From Octopus sinensis (Eukaryota): 47,194 bases of DNA. The stretch covers positions 1 through 47,194 of the forward strand of contig NW_021834941.1 in assembly GCF_006345805.1 (NCBI RefSeq), written 5' to 3'. The notes beneath the pieces are model-generated. The model was not told the DNA's origin and did not search any database. It was given only the letters and a program-made list of their open reading frames with translations. The translations under genes and the position numbers were made by a program. Within the stretch, counting starts at the first letter, position 1; every line of letters starts with the position of its first letter. This document shows positions 22,343-35,199 of this stretch, in pieces.

Positions 22343-22504
22343 GACAGGCTTCTTTGAGTTTCCGTCTGCCAAATCCACTCACAAGGCTTTGGTCGGCCTG
22401 AGGCTATAGTAGAAGACACTTGCCCAAGATGCCACGCAGTGGGACTGAACCCGGAACCATGTGTTTGGTAAGCAAGCTACTTACACACAGCCACTCCTGT
22501 GCCT
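22061..22504 (-). mobile_element. SINE family A, full length, with internal (TA)n
   Basis: Tail actcttttacttgtttcagtc to head cacacagccactcctgtgcc. Confidence 0.92.
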
Positions 22505-22849
22505 CATTTTATTTTAATAACCATTACTAGTTTTATCATTTACCAGCTGACCACGTGCTGTCAATAATGACGGCTAATTGCAGCATTTTATATATAAATA
22601 AGGTACAAAATAAAGTACATAATAATCACGCGTACATTCACATACTTCCCTTGTACACGCACACACATACACACATATGCTCACACAGAATTGAAACGCT
22701 GATTTTTTTCACCCCTTCCATCCTTACTCATCTATCACCCCTTCCTTTCTTTCATTGCTATTACTTTTTCTCACTCCCTCTCAGTCAGGGCTATTACTCT
22801 CACTATTTCTCACGACAAAGAATTTCTCATGAAGAGCTTAACATGTGCA

Positions 22850-23371
22850 AATTTTGATCCCAGGATGCTCAGACACGAGCATCCTCTTAGCCTATTTGAT
22901 GCCCATGTCCTTGACAGTGACGGGTGTCAAAACTGCTCCTTATCCTCCCCCAAAGTTTAGACTTTATTCCCTGAATAGTGGGATACTGAATATCTGGTTT
23001 AGGTGTATCAATCAGTGTAGATGTGTCTCTTCAGGTGTCAAGATGTATCTCGTTAAAATAACGTCTGTTCCGCAAGATTTCCTTATCCCCCAACCAAAAA
23101 TATTTAGACTTTGCTCCCTGTGACTTTTGTTTTTATTTCCAAACTGAGGCGAATCTCGGATGCAGTAGTTTTGAAGATGAAGGAGTCTGACAAGGGTCCT
23201 GGCTACCTTCACTTTGTAGGACTTCCATGTGCTTTCATGAGGTGGCTGGAGTTCCACAATAAATGCAATGAAGTCGGAGGGTCCTGCTTTGAAAGAGATT
23301 AGAGTGATGTACATCTTTGACATTAATAAAAGTCTTTCCTGAAAGTCTGAAAACTTTTGGAATACACCTTG
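22850..23371 (+). pseudogene. Mariner 3' half (decayed YSPDLAP region, C-terminus, 3' TIR)
   Basis: tatttagactttgctccctgtgacttt = YLDFAPCDF; C-terminus AFMRWLEFHNKCNEVGGSCFERD* (mariner W..RW.KC....G.YFE pattern); terminal ctgaaaacttttggaatacaccttg followed by TA. Confidence 0.75.
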
Positions 23372-23964
23372 TACATTTTAAAGACATCTGTCCTCATCAG
23401 GTTTTCGAAACAACTGACGCTTGTAGCAGCCAATTACTACAATGAACACAAAAGGACCCAGGGTAAGCCAGTAGAAACGAGGAATATATATCGTGAACGG
23501 CGAGCAGAAAATTATTTTAGGCTTAGAAAATCAATTTCATTCGAGAATAAAAACGAATCGCAGGAGACAGGAAAATAAATTTAAACGATCAAATAATTCT
23601 TTATTTTCGCAATACTTCAAACGTCATTAGTTTAGCAACTTTAGCGACATTTTCAAATTCACTTCAATTGTAACATTTTAACGTAACAAGAAAAAATTAG
23701 CAACACTTCCAAGCCCTCTATTTTGGTAAACTACTTTAGCCACATTAGCCAACCTTAATTTAGCAAACATATGAAATACGCCCCGCTCAAGCTAAATTAT
23801 TTTCGAATAGCAATATTGGGTAATGTTGACCCAGAAAACGCTGTCTAAAAAAAGGAAAAAAAAAAAACAGAATTGTATAGAACGGTCACAAATGGAACGA
23901 CTTTAATCATCAGTCTGTTTGATCAAAGCTGATCGATGACTAAAGAATAACAATGATAATAAAA

Positions 23965-24115
23965 GTAGCACGAACAACTAGAAATAACACCGTTAACTTC
24001 CTCAAATGACAGCTTACGCCTAGTTGCACATTATCTAAAAAAATAAATGATGTGGCCACGACTGGAATTCCTTTGATCATAGGTCTTCCGGATCAGGGTT
24101 GATCTGAGGATAAGC
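23965..24115 (+). mobile_element. Dispersed SINE-like repeat F, diverged
   Basis: aactagaaataacacc...ctggaattcctttgatcataggtct...gatcagggttgatctgagg. Confidence 0.45.
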
Positions 24116-24375
24116 ATCAATTATCGTACGAGAACGAAATCAACGACCAATGAGGACGTTCAGCGTGTATGGATATGAATATTCATGAGCTAACAAAATA
24201 TTCACGCACGAATCCTTGAAGGCAGACATACATGTGTGTAGGTGTATGTGTGTGTGTGTATTTATATTCATATGTATATATATAAATATATGTGTATGTG
24301 GTGTATGCGTTTGTGGATGTATAAACGAACAATAAAATTAACATGTTTTATATGTATATGTATATGTAATGTATC

Positions 24376-24449
<74 letters not shown>

Positions 24450-24467
24450 CAATGAAATAATGAACAC

Positions 24468-24660
24468 GATTGTTTTCCTTTACTCATTGCACTGCGGCCA
24501 TGCTGGGGCACCGTCTTCAATGGTTTACTCGAGCGCATCGATTCCAACACTTATGCTTTGTGTTCAGTCTGGTACTTACAGTAGCGATGTCCTTTGTCGA
24601 TCCGCTAAGTTATGTGGACGTAAATAGAGCAAGTAACATCGGTTGTCAAGCAGCGGAGTA
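24468..24660 (-). mobile_element. SINE family A 3' half
   Basis: ctgcggccatgctggggcaccg...ccgctaagttatgtggacgtaaa. Confidence 0.8.
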
Positions 24661-24689
24661 CGACAGAGACATACACAAAGACTGTAGCA

Positions 24690-24780
24690 TACACACAAAG
24701 CACGCACATGCACACACACACACATGTATACATACATACATGCGTGCATATATATACATACATGCATACATATACATATG

Positions 24781-24811
<31 letters not shown>

Positions 24812-25122
24812 TATATATATTATATATATATTGATATGATATGATATATAATATATATATATAAGATAAAATTACTGATGCGTGGCGTTCAGTCATATAA
24901 TAATATAAATAAAAAATATATATATATAGGCACTGAGACATATGTATGTATAGCCGGCCGAAATTGCAAAGATAATCTGGAACTCGACTGAAGAAAGAAA
25001 CTCCAAATGACCCGTCCTTGCTTTCTTTGTATCGTCTATCTGGATGTTTTGTAGTCCCTTTTTTGTATCGCCTGTCTGATGTTTTGCGTTCTTGTCCCAT
25101 TTTGCATATTATATATATATAT

Positions 25123-25168
<46 letters not shown>

Positions 25169-25178
25169 TATATATATA

Positions 25179-25230
<52 letters not shown>

Positions 25231-25306
25231 ACATACACACATTATATATACATACATACATACACATATATATAGGCATATATACATACATATATGCACA
25301 TGAGTC

Positions 25307-25355
<49 letters not shown>

Positions 25356-25565
25356 TATATGGGTACAGGGTCACAAAACGTAAATAACGGGAGATACGAA
25401 AACATGAAATTCGAAATACGAAAAACAGCATGAAATACGAAGACAACTTTTTTTTTGCCTACAACGAGAGAAACAAATGGAAAATAAGACAAGTAACATA
25501 AAGTACGACCCTTCATCAGTTGTCAGCAATTTATCTACTCCACATTTCGAGCAATTCACGACAAC

Positions 25566-25638
<73 letters not shown>

Positions 25639-26019
25639 GGCTTACACTGGTTTCCGTCAACCGAATTCACTCGCAATGCCTTAGTCGGCCCGGTAGCATG
25701 GAGGAAATACTTGCCCAAGATGCCACGCAATGGAACCAAAGTGGAAATTATGTGGCTGCAAAGCGAGTTTCTTAACTTGATAGTTATGCTCACAAAGCGA
25801 AATATTCATGTATAAATCCTTGAGGGGAGAATAAAATATATATATATGTAAAATATTAAATGCAAGACAATAAAATAATTAAATAATTGATACAAATATA
25901 TTCAAACAATACATACATACATAATACATGCATACATACATATATACATACATACATAATACATGCATACATACATATATACATATATACATACATACAT
26001 ACATACATACATACATACA

Positions 26020-26050
<31 letters not shown>
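24690..26050. repeat. Dense (TA)n/(CA)n/(TACA)n cluster containing repeat H (24952-25105), repeat G (25358-25570) and an old family A 5' part (25636-25785, minus)
   Basis: Direct reading and internal comparisons. Confidence 0.8.
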
Positions 26051-26052
<2 letters not shown>

Positions 26053-26449
26053 TGCCTGAATTAGTTGTGAATCAACTCAATAAGTAAATAAATTCCATTA
26101 ATTAACAAACATTAATCAACCAGTCAGCCAGTCAGTCAGACAGACAGACAAGCAGACAGACAACCAGTTTGTTATCCAGCCAAAATAACACTTTTAACTC
26201 AACAAAGCAAGTCAGCCGTGCAAGCAAGCCAGTGAACCAGTCAACCAAGAACGAATATTTGTGCGCCATCATGGCTCGATAAGCTCGAAAGAATTCTAGA
26301 ATTTGTTTTTGTTGTTTTTTTTTATTTTGTTTTATATATGTTTTTTCCTGGTGTCTTCCCCTCTCTTTAAATTTGCTCTTTTTTTTATTTCTAATTTTTA
26401 TCTTTACGAGTAGGGATGGAGAGTGTTTTATTTGTTTATTTGTTTTCTT

Positions 26450-26501
26450 CACGTGTTTTATATTTATTCATTCATTTATTTACTTCATTTATTTATTTAT
26501 T

Positions 26502-26553
<52 letters not shown>

Positions 26554-26584
26554 GTTGTTGTTGTTATCGTTGTTGTTGTTGTTA

Positions 26585-26626
<42 letters not shown>

Positions 26627-26720
26627 TATTATATTATTATTGTTATTATCTAGTATTATTAGATTATTATTATTATAAATATTATTATGATTATATTATT
26701 ATTATTTTTTATATATATTT
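26450..26720. repeat. (TTTA)n, then (TTA/GTT)n array
   Basis: Direct reading. Confidence 0.95.
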
Positions 26721-27099
26721 TTTAAGATGCAGTTCACTGAACAAAAACAGACAAAGATTTCAACGAGGCTGAAACATAGGAAAATGTTTTTAAATGTTCG
26801 AGGGTTGTCGACCCCCGTTTATCAAAACTCACCTATCGCCGAGCACCCCGCTTCACCCACTTACCACCAATCCAGTCATTACCCGGCACCAGTAAATACA
26901 ACAACAACAACAACAACAACAACAAAACTAATAACACTCTCACCATTACAAGAATCTGTAACGCCAACAACCATACCATCTCTGACACTACCATCTACAC
27001 TGCTACTACGGGCATATATGCATGCATGCATACATATATACATACATACATGCATACATACATACATACATACGTGAATACATGCATACATATATATAT

Positions 27100-27503
27100 A
27101 GGCGTAGGAGAGGCTGTGTGATAAGAAGATTGCTTACGAACCAAATGGTTCCGGGTTCAGTCCCACTGCGTGGCACCTCGGGCAAGTGTCTTCTACTATA
27201 GCCTCGGGCCGACCAAAGCCTTGTGAGTGGATTGGTTGACGGAAACTGAAAGAAGCCCGTCGTATATATGTATATATATGTATGTGTGTATATGTTTGTC
27301 TGTCTGTGTTTGTTCCCCCAAATCGCTTGACAACCGATGCTGGTGTGTTTACGTCCCCGTAACTTAGCGGTTCGGCAAAAGAGACCGATAGAATAAGTAC
27401 TAGGCTTACAAAGAATAAGTCTTGGGGTCGATCTGCTCGACTAAAGGCGGTGCTCCAGCAAGGCCACAGTCAAATGAATGAAACAAGTAAAAGAGTAAAA
27501 GAG
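27100..27503 (+). mobile_element. SINE family A, full length
   Basis: aggcgtaggagaggctgtgtgataag (A-box), ggttcagtccc (B-box), tail aaacaagtaaaagagtaaaagag. Confidence 0.93.
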
Positions 27504-27778
27504 AACATATATATATATTATCGAGTTAGATAACAGAGAGATCTAATGGATACAAATTAATTTATTAATTTATTAACATATTCACCTACAATTGTTTCAT
27601 TTCACAAACAAAATTATAATTGCAAAACATATATAAATATATCATTTTGCATTTTAAATACTTTGTATGGAAAATCATCAGGGTGTACAAAGGACAATAA
27701 GGATATGTTTGGAAAGCTCAGAAAATATAGAATGTTTATTATGCGTGTAGGTATATGTGCGCGCACGTACACACACAC

Positions 27779-27780
<2 letters not shown>

Positions 27781-27872
<92 letters not shown>
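27781..27872. repeat. Perfect (AGAT)n array
   Basis: Direct reading. Confidence 0.97.
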
Positions 27873-27873
<1 letters not shown>

Positions 27874-28139
27874 TAATCTCTCTCTCTCACACACACACGC
27901 ATACATATGTGTGTACATACATGTATACATGCTAGCAAGCATACTTAGTTATTGCTTCATCTTCACAAATGATTGCTGTCTTCTCGCGCTTCTTCGTATT
28001 CAATGGAATTTCTGACTTTCCGTCCATGACTTCTCAGATGACAATTCAGACCCGTTGTAGATCTATTCGCGTGGATTGAAGCATAAATGACAGAGGAAAG
28101 CTGAAACCTATTATGCGCTTCGAACTGTTTATGTCTGCA

Positions 28140-28580
28140 CACGTTGCCACGCTTCCGTCGCTAAAGGACTTCCAGTAGATGGAATGACAATTGACTGAAT
28201 GACGGAGCTCTTTTTTGTTCGACTCTCAAACAACTCTGGTGTTCCCAAGGGTTTAGTTCTGTTCCCAACTGTTTTCCTTCTATACATCGATGACTTACTT
28301 CTGTCACATCCAGATAACACGGCTCTTCATTCCTCTCTAAAATTCCAAAACCATGCATCATCTACACGCAACCTACGTATCACACGACAAACCTGCATAG
28401 ATTTCATAAAAAAGACCTTGAGAGTATCCAAACAACCTTAACCTTTTAATAGTAGAAGACATAAGAGCTATTCACATCAAGAAAATGCCTCAGCATCATA
28501 CCCTCTCTCATCATGACTGGCATTTAGCTTGAGCCCTTACAGTCGATCCAAATACTAAGCCTAGTTTTCGCTGATAATTT
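28140..28580 (+). pseudogene. Non-LTR (CR1/Jockey-group) reverse transcriptase fragment
   Basis: NSGVPKGLVLFPTVFLLYIDDLL is a decayed GVPQGSVL.P.LF..YI.DL motif; the YADD segment is deleted (HPDNTALHSS); the clade cannot be resolved by eye. Confidence 0.8.
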
Positions 28581-28944
28581 CCTCTGATCAGTGTCCATTT
28601 GTCTTCACGCACACATGTACTCATGACACGTACGCACGCACATCCATATATCCCGCTCATATATATATATATATATATAAATATATGCGTGCATGCATAA
28701 TATATCTGTATATATATATAACTCAACTTGTGTGTCTGTGTGTGTATCTGTGAGTGTGTTTGTGTGTTTAACTTCCCGGCACATCTCCTCCTAGCCAACA
28801 AATCATAGAACCACCAAAAATGGGTCACTTAAAGTTTAGGCGAATGAAAATTGAACTGCGCTATTTCTGTTCCGAAATTCATCTCGCAAAATCGATAATG
28901 TGTTTCTTTAGGCCTTATCCCATGCATTGAATAGTGAACTTTAC

Positions 28945-29068
28945 TCAGTTACATTCTGATTTCAAATTCCGCCGAGGTCGACTTTCCTTTTCATCATTTC
29001 AGGGTCGATTAAAAACTGTACCAGTTGCACACTGGGGTCGATACAATCGACTTAATCCTTTTGTCTGT
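28945..29068 (+). mobile_element. SINE family B, 5'-truncated
   Basis: ttcaaattccgccgaggtcgactttcc...ggggtcgatacaatcgacttaatcc. Confidence 0.85.
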
Positions 29069-29084
29069 TATTCTTTGCCTCCCG

Positions 29085-29437
29085 AGGGGAGAGTGAGTGA
29101 GAGAGAGAGAGAGAGAGAGGAGAGTGACAGAGAGAGAGGGAGAGTAACAGAGGGAGAGAGAGTTAGAGAGAGGGGGACAGAGAGTGTGATAGAGAGAGTG
29201 AGAGACGGAGAGAGAGAGAGAGTGAAATAGAGCAATAGAGTGAGATAGAGAGCGAGAGAGAGAGTGAGGGATAGAATAAGAGAGAGGGAGAGAATGAGAG
29301 AGAGGGAGTGAGAAAGAGAGAATGAGAGAGAGAGAGAGTGAGAGAGAAAGAGTGAAATAGAGAGTTAGAGAGATAGTGAGAGAGTGAGTGAGAGAGTGAG
29401 ATCGAGAATGAGAGAGAAAGCCGGGCAATACTGCTAG
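29085..29437 (+). repeat. Degenerate (GA)n polypurine tract ending in a Helitron-like 3' terminus
   Basis: gccgggcaatactgCTAG followed by T at 29419-29438. The Helitron assignment is inference from the CTAG|T end. Confidence 0.45.
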
Positions 29438-29660
29438 TATATATATATATAAGTCATCGCTTGCACATCTGACTAAAGAGAATCAGGTGCCTTTGGCGCT
29501 GATTTCGAAATCATGGTATCAGATTAACTGACATTCATTCTGCATCCTTTGCAGAGGTAAGACGCCATTCTTATTGACTAAAACGTTTTCCAATCATGCC
29601 TGTATTAATTTAGTGATCCTTCTGTGGCTTAGGAGCATTTTGACTTCTATTTTTAGCGAA

Positions 29661-29775
29661 GCGGGTTCAATCCCACTGCGTGGCACCTTGAGCAAGTGTC
29701 TTCTACTATAACCTCGAGCCGACCAAAGCCTTGTGAGTGGATTTGGTAAACGGAAACTGAAAGAAGCTCGTCATA

Positions 29776-29814
<39 letters not shown>

Positions 29815-30069
29815 TATATGTATGTGTGGATATGCTTGTGTGTGTATGTTTGTTCTCCCCCCCACCACCACCACCACCATCACTTTACACCCGATGATGG
29901 TATGTATACGTCCCCGTCACTTAGCGGTTCGGCAAAATAGAAAGATAGAATAAGTACTAGGCTTACAAAGAATACGTCCTGGGGTCGATTTGCTTGACTA
30001 AAGGAGGTGCCCCAGCATGGCCACAGTCAAATGACTGAAACAAGTAAAATAGTAAGAGAGCAAAAGAGT
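29661..30069 (+). mobile_element. SINE family A, A-box missing
   Basis: gggttcaatcccactgcgtggcaccttgagcaagtgtc...gactgaaacaagtaaaa. Confidence 0.9.
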
Positions 30070-30384
30070 ATTATTAGAAATATAGTGTTAGTTGCAGATC
30101 TCCAGGAGACCACTTAGATCCATGACCACAAAATATGTGGTGTATAGGTGATATCAGTACACGAAAAGAACTTAATATAAAATCAATGTCGGTGAGATTT
30201 CAAGGGAAATAACTAAATACCTTAAACCATTTAGTCCGGCAATCTATCGTTTGTACTATCATTTCTACTATTTCTACTTCTCCGTTGCAGTAGTGGCTAT
30301 TACAATATCGATTACTAACCAAGGCAAAAGATCACAAATTACTAGATGAAGGTTTGCGAATAGAATTCTTCTCCTTCTATAGCT

Positions 30385-30520
30385 GAGTAATACTTATTTC
30401 ATTGACCTCAAAAGGTCGAAAGATAAATCGACTTTGGCAGGACTTTGGCAGAATGCAAAGGAACGTAACTATACACCTCGTGCCATTTTGTCCGGTGCTC
30501 TAATGGCACCGCTATCACTC
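30385..30520 (-). mobile_element. SINE family B, very diverged
   Basis: tacttatttcattgacctcaaaaggtcgaaagataaatcgactttggcagg...tgtccggtgctctaa. Confidence 0.5.
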
Positions 30521-31074
30521 CACTGACCTCGTTGGATACAGAACAATGCAACAAAACTGTCCAATTTCAACTGCTTAACAATAACACTTAGTGATACGTA
30601 GACGAACTTCCGCCCGTCTTAGCGATAAATCAAAGATTCTGTGAAACATTAGTATAGAGACTGATTACTAGCTTGCACACAACATACCTGACATAATTTT
30701 GCATGACAGAAACGATAATAGTATTTTAATCACTGGCATAGCTATAGTGAATGACTAGAATGTATTTCAGAAGACAACTGAGAAGATAAAGAATTACACT
30801 CTACCCATAGCTGTTGCATTTGATACATGATATGTAAGAATTATGAATAATGCATTGAATAATGGCGTGCGAGAAATGTATCCATCATTCCATGTGTAAT
30901 TGGTACTATTGGAATGATACTTAAAAATAACCGAGCTAAAGAGAATGACAGGCTACCTAGAAGTATTAACGTAAACAACAGAAGAGAATCTTGAAAATAT
31001 TCATGCTAGGATCTACAAATCTGTAACTGACGCAACTTTCTTCTTTCACAGCTTTTATTCTTAGCGAACAAGGA

Positions 31075-31150
31075 TAAGGCTGTGAGATGGTAGAAACGCT
31101 AGCGTGCCGGACAATATACTTAGCGGCGTTTCGTCTGTCTTTATGTTCTA
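31075..31150 (+). mobile_element. SINE family B head fragment
   Basis: gatggtagaaacgctagcgtgccggac...ttagcggcgtttcgtctgtctttatgttcta. Confidence 0.65.
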
Positions 31151-31250
31151 AGAAATTTCAACATCGAACTACCTATTCGGCAGTTAATATCAATTTCAGT
31201 GGTGGAGTTTTGTTCCCTAGTTAGAAAACAACTCCTTCGTAGAAAAGACA

Positions 31251-31584
31251 AGGCGTGGCTGTGTGGTAAGTAGCTTGCTTACCAACCACATGATTCCGGA
31301 TTCAACCCCACTACGTGGCACCTTGGGCAACTGTCTTCTACTATAGCCTCGGGCCGGCCAAAGCCTTGTGAGTAGATTTGGTAGACGGAAACTGAAAGAA
31401 GCACGCGTATATGTGTGTGTGTTTGTCCCCTACCATGGCTTGATAACCAATGTTGGTGTGTTTACGTCCCCGTAACTTATCGGTCCAGCATAAGAGACCG
31501 ATAGAATAAGTACTAGGCTCACAAACAATAAGTACTGGGGTCGATTTGTTGACTGAAACAAATAAAAGAATAAAATAATAAAAG
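31251..31584 (+). mobile_element. SINE family A
   Basis: ggcgtggctgtgtggtaagtagcttgc...ggggtcgatttgttgactgaaacaaataaaag (deletion near the tail). Confidence 0.9.
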
Positions 31585-32360
31585 TAGATATCCATCCACC
31601 AACCCATTCATTAAACCATCCATCCATTCGTCCATCCATCCATCCCTCCATCCCTCCATCCATCCATCCATCCATACATACATACATAAATGCATGCATA
31701 CATACATACATTCATACGAACATGCATACATACATACATACATACATACACACATACATACATACATACATACATACATACATACATACATACATACATA
31801 CATACATACATACATACATACATACATACATAATGGCCGCATCCCTCGTTCTCGAGTATAAGATGACAATGTCGCAACATCAAGCGATACCTGTGCATGA
31901 AGCTTTATGAAGTGAGGAGAGGTCTTGCACACAGCCAGTTCCGCTCTCTGAACAACGATGACAGATGCTGCCAAAAAAGAAGAACCAGTCAACATCATTG
32001 GCCGACATTGAGTCGTGGGTTTTACAACAGAGTTACCTTTCCCTTACAGTGATGTCATAACAAGGACTCAGAGCCATACACACATACATATACACACATA
32101 CATACATACATACATACATACATACATACATACATACATACATACATACATACATACATACATACATACATACATACATACATACATAGTTGCTTCAACT
32201 TTCACTCATGCATTTTCAGATATGCACACCGATTCAAGCAACATGAACAAAAATGACGCAGGCATCTTCATCGCCGAAAGACACACACACACGCACAAAC
32301 ACACACACAAACACACATACACACATACACACATACACACAACACACACGCGCGCACACA
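31585..32360. repeat. (CATC)n and two (TACA)n arrays flanking a unique island at 31832-32085
   Basis: Direct reading. Confidence 0.9.
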
Positions 32361-32439
32361 ACACACATTTACTCTCATGTAAATTTTGTTCCCTAAAATT
32401 AAATACCTACAATATTGATTATGTAAAACGCACCGCATT

Positions 32440-32774
32440 TCCATATACACATTATTATATAAATATATATATATATGTATATATACACACACATATATAA
32501 TTGAATAATGTACATATATAAATGTGCGCACCTGTGTGTGGGTGTGTGCTTGAGTGTGCGTGCGTGTTTATATGCACACGTATGTATGTATATATTAGTA
32601 TATATATATATATCTAAGTATGTATGTATATTTTGTATGAATCATATATGCATATATAACATATGTTTTGCATAAATGCATGTCTGTGCGCACATATATA
32701 TATATATATATAATATTAATAATATATATAATATAATATATATATATATATATAGATATATGTATGTATGTATG

Positions 32775-32852
<78 letters not shown>

Positions 32853-32879
32853 TATATGTATAGGTATAGTATATGTATA

Positions 32880-32928
<49 letters not shown>

Positions 32929-33964
32929 CATATTTCATTGCCAACAGAGATATACACATGCAGTAATAGACACGTGTCCATCATCATGTTACATTTACAT
33001 ATTTATTCATTTGTTTAGTTATCCATATATTTTAGAGAAATATGAAATATTGAATTATAGAAAAAGTTTGATTTTTTTTAAACAAGAAGAAAAATGTTTC
33101 GCTATTGATTCAATAATAAATATTTGCTACCCCAGCCACCCGAGTGGTTATGTCACCCACTATCATGTCATTTTGCCTTCCTTTCTTCCATCCTTTCTTC
33201 TTTCCTTCTTTTTTTTGTTCTTTATCTTTTAATTTTTTTTTAGACTTTTTTTTTTGTTTATGAATTTGTTTTATACCTATGCATTTTTTGTCTTCGTACA
33301 CATTTTCCCCTAAGGGGACAAGAAACTTTTCGAAAAAGTTTTCCCTTCTTACCTTTTTTTTTTCTTCTTTTGATGGGTATTTTGGAGTGTTGTCTGTGTG
33401 TGTCTGTAAAGATATGTGTGTGTGTGTGAATGTATATATATATATACATGCATGCACAAATATGTATATATTCATACATATATATACATGTATATGTATA
33501 TATACGTGTATAAATACATGTGTGCATATATATATATATATATAAAACATATATGTATATATCTGTGATGCTCTACCAATGTAATAAACAAGCAGCGTTT
33601 CAGTAATGGAATCAAACTATGAGAAAAACGCGATACTGAACCAAAAAAAGTTAAATTGAATGAAAAAAATTATGATGGGGGAAATTATAAAAAAATGGAA
33701 GCCCAAAATAAATTCAGCATGGAATATACATACATACATACATACATACATATGTGTATATATGTGTCCATATTTTTTGCGTATAAATGTATGCATTTGT
33801 ACAATATTTATCTGCATATATCTGTCTATATTTGTGTATGTATGTATAATGTTAATATGTCGCGTGCTCGAGTGATTGAATGTGGTTTTGAGTGTTGTTA
33901 AGTGTACATAAAACAGATATATATATATATATATATATATAATATGTGTGTGTATATATATATG

Positions 33965-34021
<57 letters not shown>

Positions 34022-34053
34022 TGTGTGTATACATTGACAGACAAACAGCTAGC

Positions 34054-34146
<93 letters not shown>

Positions 34147-34170
34147 CTACCTACTTGTGTGTGTGTGTAT
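32440..34170. repeat. Several (TA)n/(TG)n/(TACA)n/(GATA)n arrays with AT-rich spacers
   Basis: Direct reading. Confidence 0.85.
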
Positions 34171-34244
34171 GTATATCGCATGTAAGTAAATATGTATAGC
34201 TGTTTATATCATGTATATCGGTTGTACATTATAGACTTGTTAAC

Positions 34245-34452
34245 AAGGCGGCGAGCTGGCAGAAACGTTAGCACGTTGGGCGAAATACAGTATTTCGTCT
34301 GTCTTTACGTTCTGAGTTCAAATTCCGCCGAGGTTGACTTTGCCTTTCATCCTTTCAGGCTCGATAAATTAAGTACCAGTTGCGTACTGGGGTCGATCTA
34401 ATCGACTGGCCCCCCTCCAAAAATATTGGGTCTTGTGCTTATAATAGACAGG
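34245..34452 (+). mobile_element. SINE family B (tail type 2)
   Basis: aaggcggcgagctggcagaaacgttagc...gactggccccc. Confidence 0.9.
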
Positions 34453-35199
34453 ATTAGATAGTTGTTAATGTTCTGAATGTAAGAACAGTCGTTGCTTCTG
34501 TAACTCCCCATCACTCTATTTTTATGGCTCTTTTCTTGTGTCACTGAAAGCATGCAAGTATTTATATGCTTATCTATCTATCTACGCCCGAGTGGTCGAG
34601 TAATTCGCTTCCCTAAAATGTGATTCCTTTGCATAGACTTCCTCTGTAATTCGAAAGTTCTACACTGTTACAGTGATTCACGTTAATTCTACTCAAGGAT
34701 TATGTTGCAGAAACGCGATTCTATAGCATACTCAGAATTCTGCGCACGCAAATTCAACGAGTAGATCGGACAATTGATTGAACGACGGAGACTATGGAGA
34801 GCACACACGCGTTTCACAGAATGCTGTAATAATAACATAACAATTGTAGAAACATTATGCAATCTTGAACCTCACCTCATCAGTGTCCTGCAATAAACGC
34901 AATACCAGATGTTCAAATTATCAATAATCACAAGCCTCACATGTCGCACAACATAGCAAAGGATAGAAAAAGCATTATATCATGGGAGTGCGAACGAAGA
35001 CGCGCTTCTGAAATCCAAATAGGTGAGATCGGAGAGAGAGAGAGAGAGAGGCAAAAAAGAAGAAAAACTATAAGAAAAAAGAAAAAATATATAAAATAAT
35101 AAAGATAAAGAATATAAGCAAATAAGTAAAACCTTCATCATCTTTACCTTCATCATCATCATCATCCTTATCACCACCTCCATCACGACTGCCCTCTTA

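Noticed and set aside
23012-23323. 103-aa minus-strand ORF as a host exon
   Set aside because: It is the antisense of the decayed mariner C-terminal region.
27575-27610. Minus-strand GAAAC-AATT-GTA resembling a hammerhead 3' half
   Set aside because: No CUGANGA or stem II upstream; too short to call.
34880-35030. ~49-codon open frame ending at AG|gtgaga on the plus strand
   Set aside because: Unrecognised peptide, weak acceptor, and within chance expectation.
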